Assembly: GCA_051362555.1 (NCBI GenBank)
Contig: CM120644.1
Location: 4,162,954 to 4,226,953 of the forward strand
Direction: 5' to 3'
Length of the DNA stretch: 64,000 bases
Source: Lingula anatina
Lineage: Eukaryota; Animalia; Brachiopoda
A model generated the notes under the pieces. The model saw only the letters and a list, made by a program, of their open reading frames with translations. It was not told where the DNA came from and made no database searches. The position numbers and the translations under genes were made by a program. Shown piece after piece: positions 15,097 through 30,100 of this stretch (its first letter is position 1; each line of letters opens with the position of its first letter).

Positions 15097-17524
15097 CCTC
15101 AGAACATTCTCCTGACTAATCCTCATCCCCATGGCGACGTCAAGTTGTGTGACTTTGGTTTTGCGCGATTGGTCAACTATGGAGAAGACATCAGGGACAT
15201 TATTGGGACGCCAGACTATGTCGGTCAGTAGCTTATTCTAAAATAAAATACAGGGACGAACGTCTTCTGGATTTATCTGGATTTTTGTTGTAAGGATAAC
15301 AAATTTAAAAAAAAAAAAAAATTTAGTGGCACCCCCCCCCCCTCCCCTCAGAAAGATGTGGATATTTTGGAGGTTAAATTATGAATTTGCAAGGAATCTG
15401 TTGCTGTAAATGACTGTGATATTTTTTGTGTGTTTCAGCACCAGAAGTTCTAAGTTATGAGCCCATAGGTACCTACACAGATATATGGTTAGTATTTCCA
15501 ATGTACTGAGAAAGTGGACAACCAAAACCAAGATTGGGGGCATGACTGGAATATGTTAACATTTGTTATAATGGAATGAAATATGCTTGCATTTTTTGTG
15601 TCTGAAATATGTCCCTTTGCAGTGACTTTGCAAAAATAAAAAAATTGGTTGTGCAGTTCAGTACTCTATGGTGTCACCTTGTATTTTTATTCGTACAAGT
15701 AAAGTTTTCTCTACTAGGAGATAGGTCTGTCCCCCATTAGTAATTATACATTTCTTGATGTAAGCACTAGTTTACATTTAAGTTCATGTCTTCAGTTGAA
15801 ATATCAAACTAGTATTCCCTTATTTCATGCATATTCTGTTCTTCCCCCAATCCATGCCATGTTTTCTATGTTCCCAGGAGCGTGGGGGTGCTGGTCTACG
15901 TGATGCTGACAGGGTGCTCGCCATTTGCTGGAGAAGACAAACAGGAGACGTTCCTGAATATCTCCCAGGTCAACCTCGATTTCCCAGAAGACCTATTCTG
16001 TGATATCTCGGAAAACGCCATAGATTTCATCTCTAAATGTCTGGTCAGGCAGCCGGGGTGAGTAGGGTTGACCATTCCAGGGGACGGTTTAAAAAAAAAA
16101 ACTACTCTGGTGCAAAAGTATATCAAAACTTTTGGACCTAAAATTAGATCTACTGCAGTACAATATTGGCTCTCTCTGTCTGTCTGTGCGTCTGTCCTAT
16201 CAGCCCCAAACCCATCCACAGCACACATACATATATGTACACATACATACACACACACAACACATACACACAACAAACATGCACACTGTCACACACTCAC
16301 TGTCTTGTTTCCATTATAAGTAATCTCCACATCCTTTAATGTCTTCAATAGTTGAATTGGCTAAGGACTCTTTTTATTTGAGTAATAATGCTGAACAGTA
16401 TATTAACGCTAAGTTCACCATCACAGATTTTTAGGGAATTATATAGAACAAAAGATAAGGAAAGCTTAAATATTCTTTTCTGGTAGCTTATATACCTTAC
16501 AAGCAGAGTCAGCAGGGTCATGGTGGTTAGTTTTAGGTTGACCCCATACTGTTAGCAGGTTATGCAGGGGCATATTTTATTAGGACAGTAAAAAATTCTT
16601 TATGTCAGACTCAAGAGACCCGAATCTGTTATTAGCTACAAAAACTGACCCAACTTTGGAGGTAAACGGTTGTTTATGGCAGGTAAATCAATTGTAAAGA
16701 AACTCGAGGCCTAATAAGATTTATTTGGAGGTGTATGTTTGACCTTAAAATAAGGAAGTGGGTTTTGACAGTAAGAACTTTGGATCTCTGTATAAGAGAA
16801 AATATAAATTTTGAAATGTTTAGTGGACACAGAGTTTAAGTTTTAAAATAATGATCACAAGAAAAAAATAAAGTACAGAATCATGTTGCTTCCTGACAAG
16901 AGCTACCTTTGAAATTGGGGTGTATTCTTCCTTAGTATATAAACATTATATAACACCACACCTATACATGTAGCATACGCTGTCACACTGTTCATTTAAC
17001 ATTTATTTTTTAATCCGAGGGCATCAGTCATGTTCCTCAATTCAGCAAGACTTCATTGGACTCAGTCAAGGGTCATTGAGGCTGGTATTGTTATAGGCCT
17101 AGTAATGTTGGATGTACTTGAATGTGTTTGTGTACTTTTGTCCTGAATTTCTGATATTGTCAAGAATATTTAATATCATACTTTTTCCTGGACAACATTT
17201 AAGTTGAAGAGATTCACTATACACCAGACCTCACAGTAAGACATTGGCCAAATCAAGGAATCCATTTTCTGAGGTTGGTCTTCATTTGTCTGCACAGTGG
17301 TGTACCTAGCCAAATAAGCTTAAACTTTGAAAAATTGATATTTGTGGGTTGTGTTTTGGGCAAATGTCATTCCATGACCTGGTGAGGCCACTGAATTTGA
17401 TGTATGCCAGTTTAACCTTTGGTTTATGGACAGTCTGTTCCATTTCAAGATTTCGGAATACCTGGAGCACTTTGCATTCTCTCTCTCCCCCTCCCTCCCT
17501 TCCTCCCTCCCTCTCTCTCTCCCT

Positions 17525-17582
<58 letters not shown>

Positions 17583-20242
17583 CACGCACACACACATATC
17601 AAAAATGTTTGATTCAAAATGGAGTGTAATTGACGTTTTCTAATAGGTGTTCTTCGTAATCTTGATATTTTTAGCTGTCAGACATAGTGAAGTTGAATTT
17701 GACAAAAAAAAAAGAGTTAGAATTTAAAATCACAGTTAATCCAAAAATATAAAGGTGGGACGTTTCCTTAACATAGGGGTCATTTCAGGGCTTTCAACAC
17801 CTGGTAATTATCTTTTGGTTTTTTGTTCCCAGAAAATGTTGTTTTGGTACAATTCTAATCTCCTACGTGGAGTATCATTACAGGGCGACATTTTGGCATC
17901 TGAATTTGTCAAATTATAAGCTGGTGGGAGATTGTCCTCAAAATGGACTAGTCTGTCATGTTTACTGCAATTGAAATATTATAGTTACCAGAAAATAAAT
18001 CGTTTGTTTCCAAAAAATTGTTTATGTGAAGAGGGTGAGAGAGAGAAAGAGAGTGCTTTCAGTTTGTTGTCATTCAAAAGGTTATTTTCTCCATACGTGA
18101 ATTTTGAGAAAATGTTCATGGCAAGTTGCATATTAAGCACAAAGTACAATACATGATATTTTTGTATAAAAAAATTACTCTTTGACATACTAATACTTCT
18201 TATGCACAAGTGGTGGTTTTATGAGCTGAATCTAAGTATTTTGGAGGGCACCTGCTTGGAAAACTACCAAAAACAATTTGTGAAGACCCGTTATTATATG
18301 CTAGAATTCATTTTGCGAGATTGTTGACTTTCAGCCAGCAGGGGAAGAAGAGAAGGGGGCGGGGGGGGGGGGTGCTCTGAGGTGAAATTGTGGCATTTGA
18401 ATGCAGCAAATGTTAATCTTGCAGAGCACTTCAAAATATTAGGTTAAGACTGAGGGTCAGGGTGATAAGAAATTACTCAAAATTTTTTGATTTGACATTT
18501 TTGCATAAACATACAACTTATGTCCTTTTGTGCTGATGTTCATAAATTTTTGCATAAAGAAACAACTTTAGTCCTTTTGTGGTGATGTTCATAAATTTTC
18601 TCAGACACCAGAATTAAATTCATACAGCCTACTATTTTATCCGAGGGATTCTGGATTTTTAAAAGTAATGTTTGCATATGATATTTAGTTATATCAAGGG
18701 TGCTTCCATGTAGTGATCTATGACTGATATCAGATTAAATGACTGCTCCCCCTCCAGGTACCATGCTATCACTTGTTTCTTGCATGTTGTAATGGCTAAA
18801 CAACTCGTACCTGAAAAGATAAGGTAACAAGATACATGCAGTTTTAACACAGGGCGTAGGCACGTTATGTCGCAATTAAATCACCACATGATAATCCATC
18901 CCTGGATTATGCCAGTAAGTGGCTTTCAACCTCCAAGATAGACTTATTGGAAGTGTATTCTGTTTGGGTTTTCACGCCTGCCTGTCTGTCTGCTTGCCAG
19001 CAGGTGGCTGTTTTGTCCCAGGTTTTGTAAAGCCCTGGTAGTTCTTATGAAAGTTGCTGCATAAATGCGTAAAAGTAGATTGCTGATATTTTCCCAACCT
19101 ATTTTTATTAATAAGATAAACACAACCCCAAAGAGAGAGAGAGAGAGAATAATGAATAATTATTTTGCTGTTTTGTAAGATTCGTGTCAGATAACATAAT
19201 TATTTTAGAACCTCAAAATTAATAACATTAAAGGATTGATATATTGGGGAAAAAATGACAGGTGATTGAAATCTGTGAATAGTAAAGATAGTTCAGTCAT
19301 AATATACTAATCAGAGTGCTGCTGTGTTGCATATGATCTGATACATGAGAGCGATAAAACACTCTGCCTGGTTAGCCACCAAAGGGGCATAGAAAAAATA
19401 TATTTCTAGATATTTTTACAATTATTTCTCTACTGCCTATTCACCAGCTGTGATTGTTTCTGTCCAGTATTTTTTTTTTTTTCACAACATTTACATCATC
19501 AGTCATCTGGGTACTAGTGCCACAGTAGCTGTAATTGTTTGCTTGTTGGAAAACCATGTTTAGCTCTTTATTTGCCCTCTGTAGGCATAGCACTCTACTT
19601 GGTTTATCATCTTCTGGTATATGTATCAATCAAAATCTGTTAAATGATAAATATTGCAACTGTTTAAAATATTTGAATGGCCAGATATATACTTCTGGAA
19701 ACTTAAAAATTGAATATTTTTTTAGACCACTTAATAAAATATTTGAATGAATGAGATGTATACTTTTAGAAACATAAAAAACTGAATATTTTGTGAGATC
19801 ACTTTAATGATTTATCTCACTAATTTTGCCTTCTTCTATCTTCAGAGAGCGCATTTCAGCACGCGACTGTCTGCAGCATTCCTGGTTGAAAGTGGAAGTG
19901 CCTACCTCACCTGCCCTGCTGCGATCCCCTCTAGGCTCTCCCATTGGCTGTCGCAGGACATACCCCCCAGAGAGCCCCCACAAGAAACAAGACCTGGGCA
20001 CGCCCAAGAAATTCAAGTACAACACTGGGGAGTCTAAAATATGCCCAAACGAGGAGCTTTCTAGCAATATCTATAAAGACGAAAATTCGGAACCGAACAC
20101 AGACACTTGTAACGCCACCGGCAGCAATATCACCAGTACTAGCAATAACAGTAACAGTGGCAGTGAAACCACACAACAATGTACTGTCAATAACAACATA
20201 AACAAACTACCAGAACTGACAGAGGAACAACTTGTTTGCTAG
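15097..20242 (+). CDS. STK17A: DRAK/STK17-family (DAPK-related) Ser/Thr kinase, 3' part; exons 15097-15223, 15439-15487, 15878-16057, 19846-20242
   Basis: Four GT-AG-bounded exons (127, 49, 180, 397 nt) splice in frame. They give [99 protein letters not shown]...[14 protein letters not shown], then a tail with KKFK. DFG, GTPDYVAPE and [11 protein letters not shown] match the DRAK family. No upstream kinase exon was seen in 1-15096. The A/B paralog label is not meaningful for an invertebrate. Confidence 0.92.
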
Positions 20243-22105
20243 GAATTTTGTTGTGACAAAGACTAGAATATGGGCCGGGTCCTTATGTATACTTATGAGT
20301 CCTTTGAAAGGGAAGATGAAAGGTCTTAACTGTTAATTGCATTAATATTTGATTGAAATGTTTGCAGAGATTATTACTTAAAATTGTCTTTGTGTGTGCT
20401 CTTAATAGTTTATTTTGTTTATTTATTTTTTCTGAAAGACTCGGTCTTTGATAGTCATTAATACCTCACACACAGAATTATTTATTTCCTGATTTTTTCT
20501 TTTCAAATCCTGTACACTTGACCTGTGATAAGTTCAAAATGTGTGATCCCAGAATTCAGTGCAACATATCCCACAATTCCACTAAGAAGGACCATGGTCT
20601 CTTCTTGATGTATTGGAACATGTGATTTAATCTTGATGCAATATACTGTAAACAAATTTTCTTAGAATATTTTGGCTGGTTTTGGTTGTAAAACAAAGTT
20701 TTGATCTTAAGTGTGACTATCTTGTGGATATTTCCAATGGGTTGGGACAAGTATTTGATGAAATTTCCTTGAAACGTTTTCATTCAGCCTGACGAAGTAC
20801 GATATTGCATTATCAGGTATGTTGTATTTAATTTTACTGCCATTGGTGTGAAGAAAGTAATGAAAGTTGCCTTGATTACCACTGAGTGTGAGGGATAAAA
20901 TCATCAGCATTAGGGACAGAGGGGCTCTTTGGTGTTGTTACACGTGGGGATTTGCAAGTGGAGCTTTCTTTTCTTAACTTATTTATTATTTCATATTATA
21001 AATATATTTTGTTTCCTTAAAGTCATTGGAGGGTGAACAGCAAGTTTCAAGAAGAAAATTGTGGACCAGAAGTTACGTATTTAGGTACCATGGTTCAGTA
21101 ATGTAGCTTATTCCGCTTCCTACTATGTAAATCTCGAACAGTCACTCCACATCCGACTCTGCCAAAATCGAGATATCACGGACAGCAAGATTGTTTTTAT
21201 TAAGAGAGAGAGAGAGAGGAGCGTGAACCAAAATCATGCAGGTTTAATGAGGGCACCTATTGTCCCCATTCTCTCTCCCCCCACCCCCTCCCCCCCGTGT
21301 CCCATGTTGACAGTTGGACAAGGGTTGTTGGACTCTTAAGTAGTTGATACGACGACCCTCATATAGGACCCTTGTGCGTCAGTCAGACTTACCCAGGTTA
21401 TGTATTATCTATATATGAATATCACATGTACGTGCTCTATGATACTGTATATAGTTTGTATATATATTATGTATACATATGATGCTTTATAGCCAACGGT
21501 TGATGTTTTTATTACTGCTCGTAACGAGACGAATGTCCAATTTGCCAGTTTCATTTAATTACGGTAGTTACTTTTTATTTTCAGTCCACAAAAGTTGGGA
21601 ATCTCCCCCTTTAACTGTGTTGTTATTAATGCTGGATCAAAAGTTACTTGCATTTGTGTAAAAAAAATTGCATAAGTCAGAAACTGACGAATTTAGAAAA
21701 AGTTTTAGACAAAAAATGTCGGCCTTGAAAATATTAGGTAATTACCGCAAGGCAAATGACAATGTATGATCAAATGTAATGGTTTTTATAGAAAAACACT
21801 GAATGCCAAATAACGTCACTTGATCGGAAATTGTTACGGTAAAATACCCAGTTAAGAAGTATTTTTAAGTAAGATATATGAAGTGTCTGTAAAGTTGAAC
21901 AGTGTTGTACCGTGGTATCAGTGTATATCGGTAGTTTTGGTCTGTTTTGTATCCTCAAGCACTCAGTTCGGTTATTGTGTAAAAATGTGAACAATAAAGT
22001 GATTGATAAATTACACTGTGGTCATGTTGATAAATTACTTCTCCTTTTGGTCTTAAAAAGTGTTGGCAATTGCATGCACACATACACAGACTGAAATTTA
22101 CTGAC

Positions 22106-22111
22106 AATAAA
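22106..22111 (+). promoter_or_regulatory. Candidate polyadenylation signal of the kinase gene (3' UTR about 1.9 kb)
   Basis: AATAAA followed by T-rich sequence; a second AATAAA lies near 21993. Confidence 0.4.
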
Positions 22112-23711
22112 TATATTTTTTATTTAATTCGTAAGATAGTTAATTACACAAATTTCATTTTTTTTTTCATTTAACTAGATGTCATGTTTGCCCGATAACC
22201 AAGCGTCGTGGATTGCGTTAAAAATCACATCTTGTCATCTATAACACAATCGTTCGCCAATGTTTTTATGGGGTCCATTCATATTACTTTTCTGGCATTT
22301 GACCGCGAATCCTAATCACTTCATATCAAATGTGACTTCTTATAAAAATGTGATTTTTTTCTCCATCCATTTTAAATTCAGCAAACCTGAACAAACTTTT
22401 TCGGGACAAGGATTCATTATGGCGTATATAACGAATGGCTAAGCTGAAATCGAAGCTTCCGTACGGAAAAGGGGCTGAACTGTAGCTTATTTTTATAATC
22501 AGGTGAGCTTTTTGGTGAATGTTGTTCATATAGAACCAAGGTTAATAGAAGGCAGTGAAAAACTCTAAGACTTTTTTCTAAAACTTACCAATAAAAATGT
22601 AAATTCAAAAAATTCAAAAAGCCATTCTAAAAAGTAATTTGTAACCCTCCCCATTCCCCAAATTCCAGACCCATGATTAGGATCCCCCAGGGAACGAATA
22701 AAAACGCTAAGACATTTTGTGTATATTTGGAAAGATTTCATTTTAATGGTAAAACGGCAGAAAAAAACTTTGTATGAATTCATTATAAAACATCAATCAG
22801 AAATAAAACCTTTATAATTATAAGTATCAACTAAACAATGTTTTACGTTTTATGTTTGATCTTATACATCATAAACTACATATTTCTGGAATAAAAACAA
22901 AAAAAATGTCTTTTACAATTTTCCTTTAAAAACAATGGGGGATCTTGTATCCCCCTATTAAGTACTATAATTATATAATATATTTAAAAAACTGGACAAG
23001 ATACCCATTCTGGACTCGCATAATCAATTCATCATTTTAAATCGCCGAGAAATTTTGACCCTGTACCCATAATATATCCTACACCCACCAATGTTTGCCA
23101 TCTCTGAAACAGTTATGCGACGACAGAAGGTGACAATGTTTGGTGTTAAAAAAGGGACAGGGCGCGCTGTTTTCATGTCTTGCCAAAAAAGTCATAAGTC
23201 CTTTGAGAAATAATTTGCAAAGAAAACTTGATCTGATTAATTGGATTAAACGCGGTACATAAGGGCGAGGAATAGTAAATTTCAAAAATGACGTTACAAA
23301 ATAATCACTCTAACCCTGAACACAAATCTCATCGTATTAAAATATAATAGATTTTGTAAAATTTTGCTCATAATTCTAAATGTAAATATATCGCTTTTAC
23401 TATATCATGTTATTTTCATTAGACTACCATCTAAATATAAACATTATGATAAATGTAACTACATGTATGATTTAAAAGGTGTGAACTATTCCACAACTTC
23501 TCCCATTTCATGGTTATTTACACCACAAACATTCTATTTTTACGTCTACATGTACAAACTGATTTCAAAATCGTTAACATGAGATGCTTTTCATGGGAGG
23601 CGAGCTTTTCTTATATCAGGGGCTTCTCTAATAGTATATCAAATTCTAGTATCTATAAAATAAATAGTTTGTACCAGACTACTAGCGCACCCTGTGGGCA
23701 GAGAGTAAGGG

Positions 23712-25600
23712 GTGAAAAGATCAATAATTTATGGAGGCAAATGTTATGTGGGGAATGTATTGAGGAATGGCCAAAACTAGTTTAAATCACGAAAACATCA
23801 ACATACCTGTACATGTTCTCAGAATAAACACGTTAACTGTACTTAAAGTTTAAGCACAAATACTTTATGAACAAATGCTTAACATTCATATTAGAGAACG
23901 GTACATTGAACCAGTTGAAATTAAATTATGCGTTTACTTATAGTTCTATACCGCCATGCATATAATATAATTCCTCAAGAAATGAAATCTCTTTCTAGAT
24001 TGCGAGTTCAATTTGCTTCATCGGGGATGAGGCAGGACAAAGTGGGCTTCTTTTCTACCTAGGATCCTAGTTTTTATACAACAATCACCATAAGCTGAAT
24101 AGTAACACTTTTTAAAATAATTCACTGAAAACATTCTGGTATACTTGGGGCGCATTTGTGTTCAACATATTTCACAATATATACTCGAAGAATATCCCAG
24201 ACCCTAACCTACCCCAAAATGAAGCAATATTACGAAGGTCACTGCCTGTCATAATATGCTCCATAACATGTCTTTATCTGAGCAGTTGTTATTATGGTTG
24301 AACAAACCAGACAGCACTACCTCCATCTGGAGAGAAAAATGGTGGTCTCTTCCGAACTGGAAAGTTCAGCAGATTGCTTCATATCTATAACTTTATAAAC
24401 AGTGAAATATTTCATTTGAATAATGATATATTTTTACACCATACATGTTCCACTAATTTTGCCGTGTACTTAACTCTAAACGAGTACACCACAAAGATCT
24501 TAAACAATACCATTGGTGACTGATATAAATAATATAATGCACAAACATCAGAGGACTACTACTAAATGCTGTCTACCGTCATGCATCTGCAAAATATATT
24601 ATCTCGGTCAACAACATTTGTTTTCTAATAAAGAAACGGTGTAACCATATTTCCTTTAACAAGTGTGGTATAAACGTATGTATATACAATTAATTGCAAT
24701 AAAATAAGTTTGTCAAAGTTTGCAAAAAAGCCCACATCTTACAAAAATCTTCTACAATCATTAATTATGGATGAGGTCAATGTGTGCTTTTTATATCCTT
24801 AGTAATACGTACATTACATTGCAAATTCCCGCCTACTAAAAGCTGTAAGGGGGTAATTAACTATGGTGCCCGCTCGGCTGACTGCAATTTAGCGTGAACC
24901 CCCAGGGAGTTAGGTCGATCTAAAACTTAATCTTTAGATCGATCTAAATCTCTGGGAAAGCACCCTAAGACGTGAAAAGATCAATAATTTATGGAGGCAA
25001 ATGTTATGTGGGGAATGTATTGAGGAATGGCCAAAACTAGTTTAAATCACGAAAACGTCAACATACATGTCCTCAGAATAAACCCGTTACCTGTACTTAA
25101 AGTCTAATCACTAATACTTTATGAAAAAAAATGCTTAACATTCATATTAGAGAACGGTACATTGAACCAGTTGAAATTAAATCATGCGTTTACTTATAGT
25201 TCTATACCGCCATGTATAATATAATTCCTCTAGAAATGAAATCTCTTTCTAGATTGCGAGTTCAATTTGCTTCATCGGGGATGAGGCAGGACAAAGTGGG
25301 CTTCTTTTCTACCTACTAAATGCTGTCTAACGTCATGTATCTGCAAACTATATTATCTCGGTAAACAAGATCTGCTTTCTAATTAAGTAACGGTGTAGCC
25401 ATATTTTCTTTAACAAGTGTGGTATAAAAGCATAAACAAATAGCTGCAATAAAAATGAGTTTGTAAAAAGTTTGCAAAAAAAGTCCACATCTTTCAAAAA
25501 TCCTCTTCAATCATTTACTATGGATGAGGTCAATGTGTACTTTTAATGACCTCAGTACGTATTACTGAGGTCATTAAAAGTACACATTGACCTCATCCAT
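23712..25600. repeat. Local direct duplication (23712-24810 vs 24972-25560) ending in a perfect hairpin
   Basis: Both copies start gtgaaaagatcaataatttatggagg. Copy 2 lacks about 500 bp (24061-24560) and ends in a 38-bp inverted repeat (25520-25557 / 25563-25600). Confidence 0.9.
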
Positions 25601-26897
25601 TTTTAAACAATGGCAGATGTCAGAGGGTAGTTATTCAACATCGAATACACAAATATATATGGATAATTATACAAAATATTTACATTGGGCCCATCATTTA
25701 ATATCTAAAGCGATTTGTGGCCTCTACACATGTATAACTCTTTAAAAAAAAGGGGGGGGGGGGGGTATTTGCACTTTGTTCTGTTAGCCAGATAAGATTA
25801 TATACATAATATGCCGACGTCAAGAAGCGAATGACACATCAGCTAAGTTTCCTGTACAAAAGTAAAGTTAAAAGCTAACTACTTATAAAATGTCCTATAT
25901 ATCACACTATCTACAGAAAAATAAATCACCACCTACGACAAAAGTAAAGCAATGACCTAACTAAGTGTTATGTACTGCAAATTCTATACAGTATAATAAG
26001 CTATTTTACATGCTTTTAGTCAGTCTGTTTTACATCTGTAATTTTACTGTAAGACGACATTCCAAATGTCTAAATCCATATTACGGAGTTGCTTGTGTGT
26101 GTCACTGTCAACGTGGAGTGGCCGTACTCAGAAGAAAACAGACTGTGACATGCACAGAACAGTGCATGAAATCAAGTGTTTTGTTGATTATTACACCCTT
26201 TCAATATCACAGGGATTTCTTTTGTGATTACACGTCAGGGGATATGTATAAATGACCCCGTCTGTGATAACTGAGTAAGTCATCGTTTGTTGTTCCTTGA
26301 TATATTTGCAGAATTTCAGCTCACCATTTCTATAGAGTCAGATATCATTTCTTTTGGGCTCTTCTGTTGGACAACTTTGGACTGCCAGCCGGGATAGCTG
26401 CTATGCAATGGCGTTCAAAGACTGTATTGAATAAAGCTGGCGCGGAAGTTGGATGCGCGCCTTTCTTTGTTTCTTGTTGATCTTAATAACGGTAGAAGAT
26501 GGAATGTGAAACGAGAAAAAAATTAATAAATAAAACACTGACATGGGCCTCATATGGGCTACAGTGTAATTATAATCTGAAACCTATTGTATTGGAAATA
26601 AATAATAGGCACGGTCAATTACCCTAAATTAAATATGGATTCGTCTACAATGTGTCCATTGTAATCCGTGCCATATTAATTTGATCGCAATCTCACCATG
26701 ATCAAAACAATAAGCAAGCTAACATGCAAACGTATCTTCAGTGGCAGTTTGTATTTAATTCTAACGTACTCTTATTTGCAGATGAAATCACTAGAGTTAT
26801 ACATGTCAAAAAAGCTTCCGAATAATAATAATAATAATAAGGTGTCATGATGATCAGAAAAATTCGCAAAACATAATGTTCAAAAATTGCACACCTG

Positions 26898-27144
26898 TTA
26901 AGTGTTCTTCCGCTTGGCAATTTCTTCATCTAGGGCGTTACCGAATTCAGCGAAGGCGTGCTCTGCCTCGTCATCTCGCTTGTCCCCCCTTAACTTCTCA
27001 AGTAGGACTTTTACTTTCCTCTCCTTGGTTTGCTCACGCCGCACAGCATAATTGTCTTTCGTCGTTATCACCTCTCGGTCCAGCAACCTCTGCAATACGT
27101 CACCGAGGGCAGCTTCTGGAAGGTCCATAGCTAAGTCTGGTAAC
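26898..27144 (-). CDS. Roco exon encoding the second CARD/death-fold-like domain
   Basis: LPDLAMDLPEAALGDVLQRLLDREVITTKDNYAVRREQTKERKVKVLLEKLRG..AFAEFGNAL fits a CARD helix pattern; pyrimidine-tract AG acceptor at 27145-27146, in phase 2. Confidence 0.68.
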
Positions 27145-30100
27145 CTTCAAGAATTGAAGAAAAAAATATGTATACATATTGAACGTTTAGAGATGTATTG
27201 ATCAATTACCTATGGGTTTGTGTGTCTAATAGGACCATTCTGTTCTTCTGGCTTGAAGCTATTCATGTTACGTTGAGACATAGCTAGGCCTATTAATTAT
27301 TAAATATATGATCCGGGGTAATAGGCCAGGCGATGACAGTAGTAATAATAACTCGCACCTGGTAAAAGTAGACCGGATTTTGTTGGAGCTAAAGTCCCAT
27401 TGTGAAATCAACTCCTGAACACCCTCCCATGACCTACCTCAGCATCCGAGCCGTTTCCGGATGTCCACTGTCATGGAGAGCACCACAGAACTCGTAAAAG
27501 GCAAAATCATTCTTGCCTTTAAGGAAATCTGAAAGTTTATAATCTGCGTCTGGCTTAAGGATTTCTGCCTTTTCTTCCTCACTTAATATACCAGTTTCAC
27601 CTAGTCGACTGATAATCTTGCTGAGACTGTTGAATGTACGGCGGATGATTTTCAAAGTATGGTTGGCGTGTTTCTCAAGGGACGTGCAGTGCAGAGTTGT
27701 CATTTTCCCTAAAAAAGACGAATCGCGTCTTCAGATTTAAGGAAAAGAACAATATATATGACAACATTGTTTTGAAAACGCTAAGAATAATTGGTTTATA
27801 CAGTCACAACCACACCTTGGAAGGCCTGCTTTAATTCCATGGTATCAAAATGATAATAAAAGATTCAAGTTGACTAATAGATGCATTTATACACAAGCGA
27901 CTTAATTGCTACAATTGATTAGTATGTACCTTCCGTAACTGGATAGAAGAAGTCTGCTGAAGCCAACATGTTGGGGTTTTCCTCGGGACACGGATGATAA
28001 GGTGCTGGTTCTTCAAGGGGAACACTAAGTATAGACTTAGGGGCGTCAAACAGTGTCGGTGGAATCTTCTCCTCTCGTACACAGTGTGGACACACCACGA
28101 ATTCATCGCGAGGAGAACCGGGACATTCTCTCTCTACAAGAGCTACAAGATCCTGAAATATTTCCCGGTTGTACTTCTTCAGTTGAATGGGATCTTCACC
28201 GCGTATGGAGAGACAAAGAACTCCATTGGGTGGATTTCCACTGAGCCTTCTCTCAAAACACATGTGGAACTGGCTGTCGATTTCAGCGTAAAAACCATCT
28301 TTCCAGTCTTGACGTGTTGATTTGTAGTGTCCTAAATGACCATGGAGATGTACTGCCGCCATCTCGTAGAGGCCAGGGGGACAGGCGGTTGGAAAATGGA
28401 CCTCAGTCAAAATCTGCAACTTCTCTCTTGATGGAACAGGAGGCCATTTTGAGAAAATACATGTTGGCTTATCTTCCATCAAAAGCCAAGGGAAATGGTA
28501 TCTGTTTTCATCATAACCTCTCACAACGTAACAAATCTCAAATTTCTCTAACAGCGCTATCATGGCATCAAGACCGGTTTTTTCAAAGTTAAATCGCCAC
28601 CACAAACACTCCAACATGGTTTTACTGATGACACCTCTTTGCAGTATATCTTTCTTTGCTGATTCAAACTTCCTTGCACTGTACTTCTTGTTGAAAGGCT
28701 CGGTATCGTACACAAGAACTGAATCAATATCATGGCGAAGGACTGCTCTTAAGATATCAATGAAAACGTCTTGTCTGTGGAATATGAAGTTCTTCAGCAA
28801 CGGCTTGTCTCTGAACCAAAGAACAACACCTGTATCACGTAAGAAATTCAACACGTCTTCAATTCTTTGGGATTCGACATCTCTTTGCATTTGTGGAGGT
28901 GTCTTCTCTGCAATTGTTGCAAAGGTCTCCAGAGTTAGGAAATGATCTTGTCCATTCTTTTTTGCTGTTTCTATGTGCTCCACTTTCTGAAGCCATGTCT
29001 CAGGAAGTATGAGTTTCTTTTCTTTAGCTGTTCTTATTAACATCTCATTTAACTCGGTCATTCCGTATCCAGTTTGAGAACTAGTTACAAAAACACTGTT
29101 AACATGTGGTGGATTTTCTATCAGCATTTTGATACGCTTCATCTTTTCATTGTACGCCTCTGGATACGACGTTCTGAATGTTTCCCTCTTCTCTAATTCT
29201 TCCAGACTTGTTCTTAATTCGGATGCCTTATCACGTAAGTGAACCCTGAGAGCACGCAACACCAATTTCTTTCTGGTTTCCAACTGCTCCTTGTTCAGGC
29301 GGTCGGCATGGGAACCTACAAGTAATATGGTTGAATCTGGTGCTCTGCTGTAAACGTTATCTATCCAGCTTCCGACTGTGTCGTTATATGTCAAAGATGC
29401 ATCCTGGAGATTAAACACTATCAGTGTGATTGCTTCCTTGGTTATGAAGAAATTATGTGCGACTTTGTAGACTTCATGACCACCAAAATCGTTAATGTTA
29501 AGGAAAACGTCTTCCTTTGGCGACCACGTGATCTGCTCCATGACGTGTGTTCTGTCTGCCATAGTTGTTAAAAAAGGGCTTCCGGATGTCAAAGTTTTCA
29601 CTAAACTTGTCTTCCCTGCACATGTTTCACCAAGGATATTCACCTGTAGTCTTGATGATGATGTCGCTTTGCTTTTGATAAGATCATCAAAATATCTGAA
29701 AACGGCTTCCTTTCCTCTATCTGCTACTTGCTGTGGTGGCTGTATTAAACAATTATCTTCCAGGCCCAATATCTTCAGATTCTTAAGTTGTGATATCTCG
29801 GGTGGAACTGTAGTGATTTGGTTATCATATAGTTCAAGTTTCTCCAGTCTCACCAACTCACACACTGGCAACGGTAGTTCTTCCAACTTGTTAATGGACA
29901 GGGCCAAAAACTTCAGATTCTTAAGCTGTGATATCTGAGGTGGTACTGTAGTTATTTGGTTATTAACTAGGTGAAGTGTCTTCAGTCTCACCAACTCACA
30001 CACTGGCAACGGGAGTTCTTCCAACTTGTTATCTGACAGGTCCAAATATTTCAGATTCTTAAGTTGTGATATCTCGGGTGGAACTGTAGTGATTTGGTTA

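Noticed and set aside
22172-22230. Possible Helitron 3' end (CTAG plus hairpin) on the - strand
   Set aside because: The hairpin is weak and no 5' TC end or second copy could be identified.
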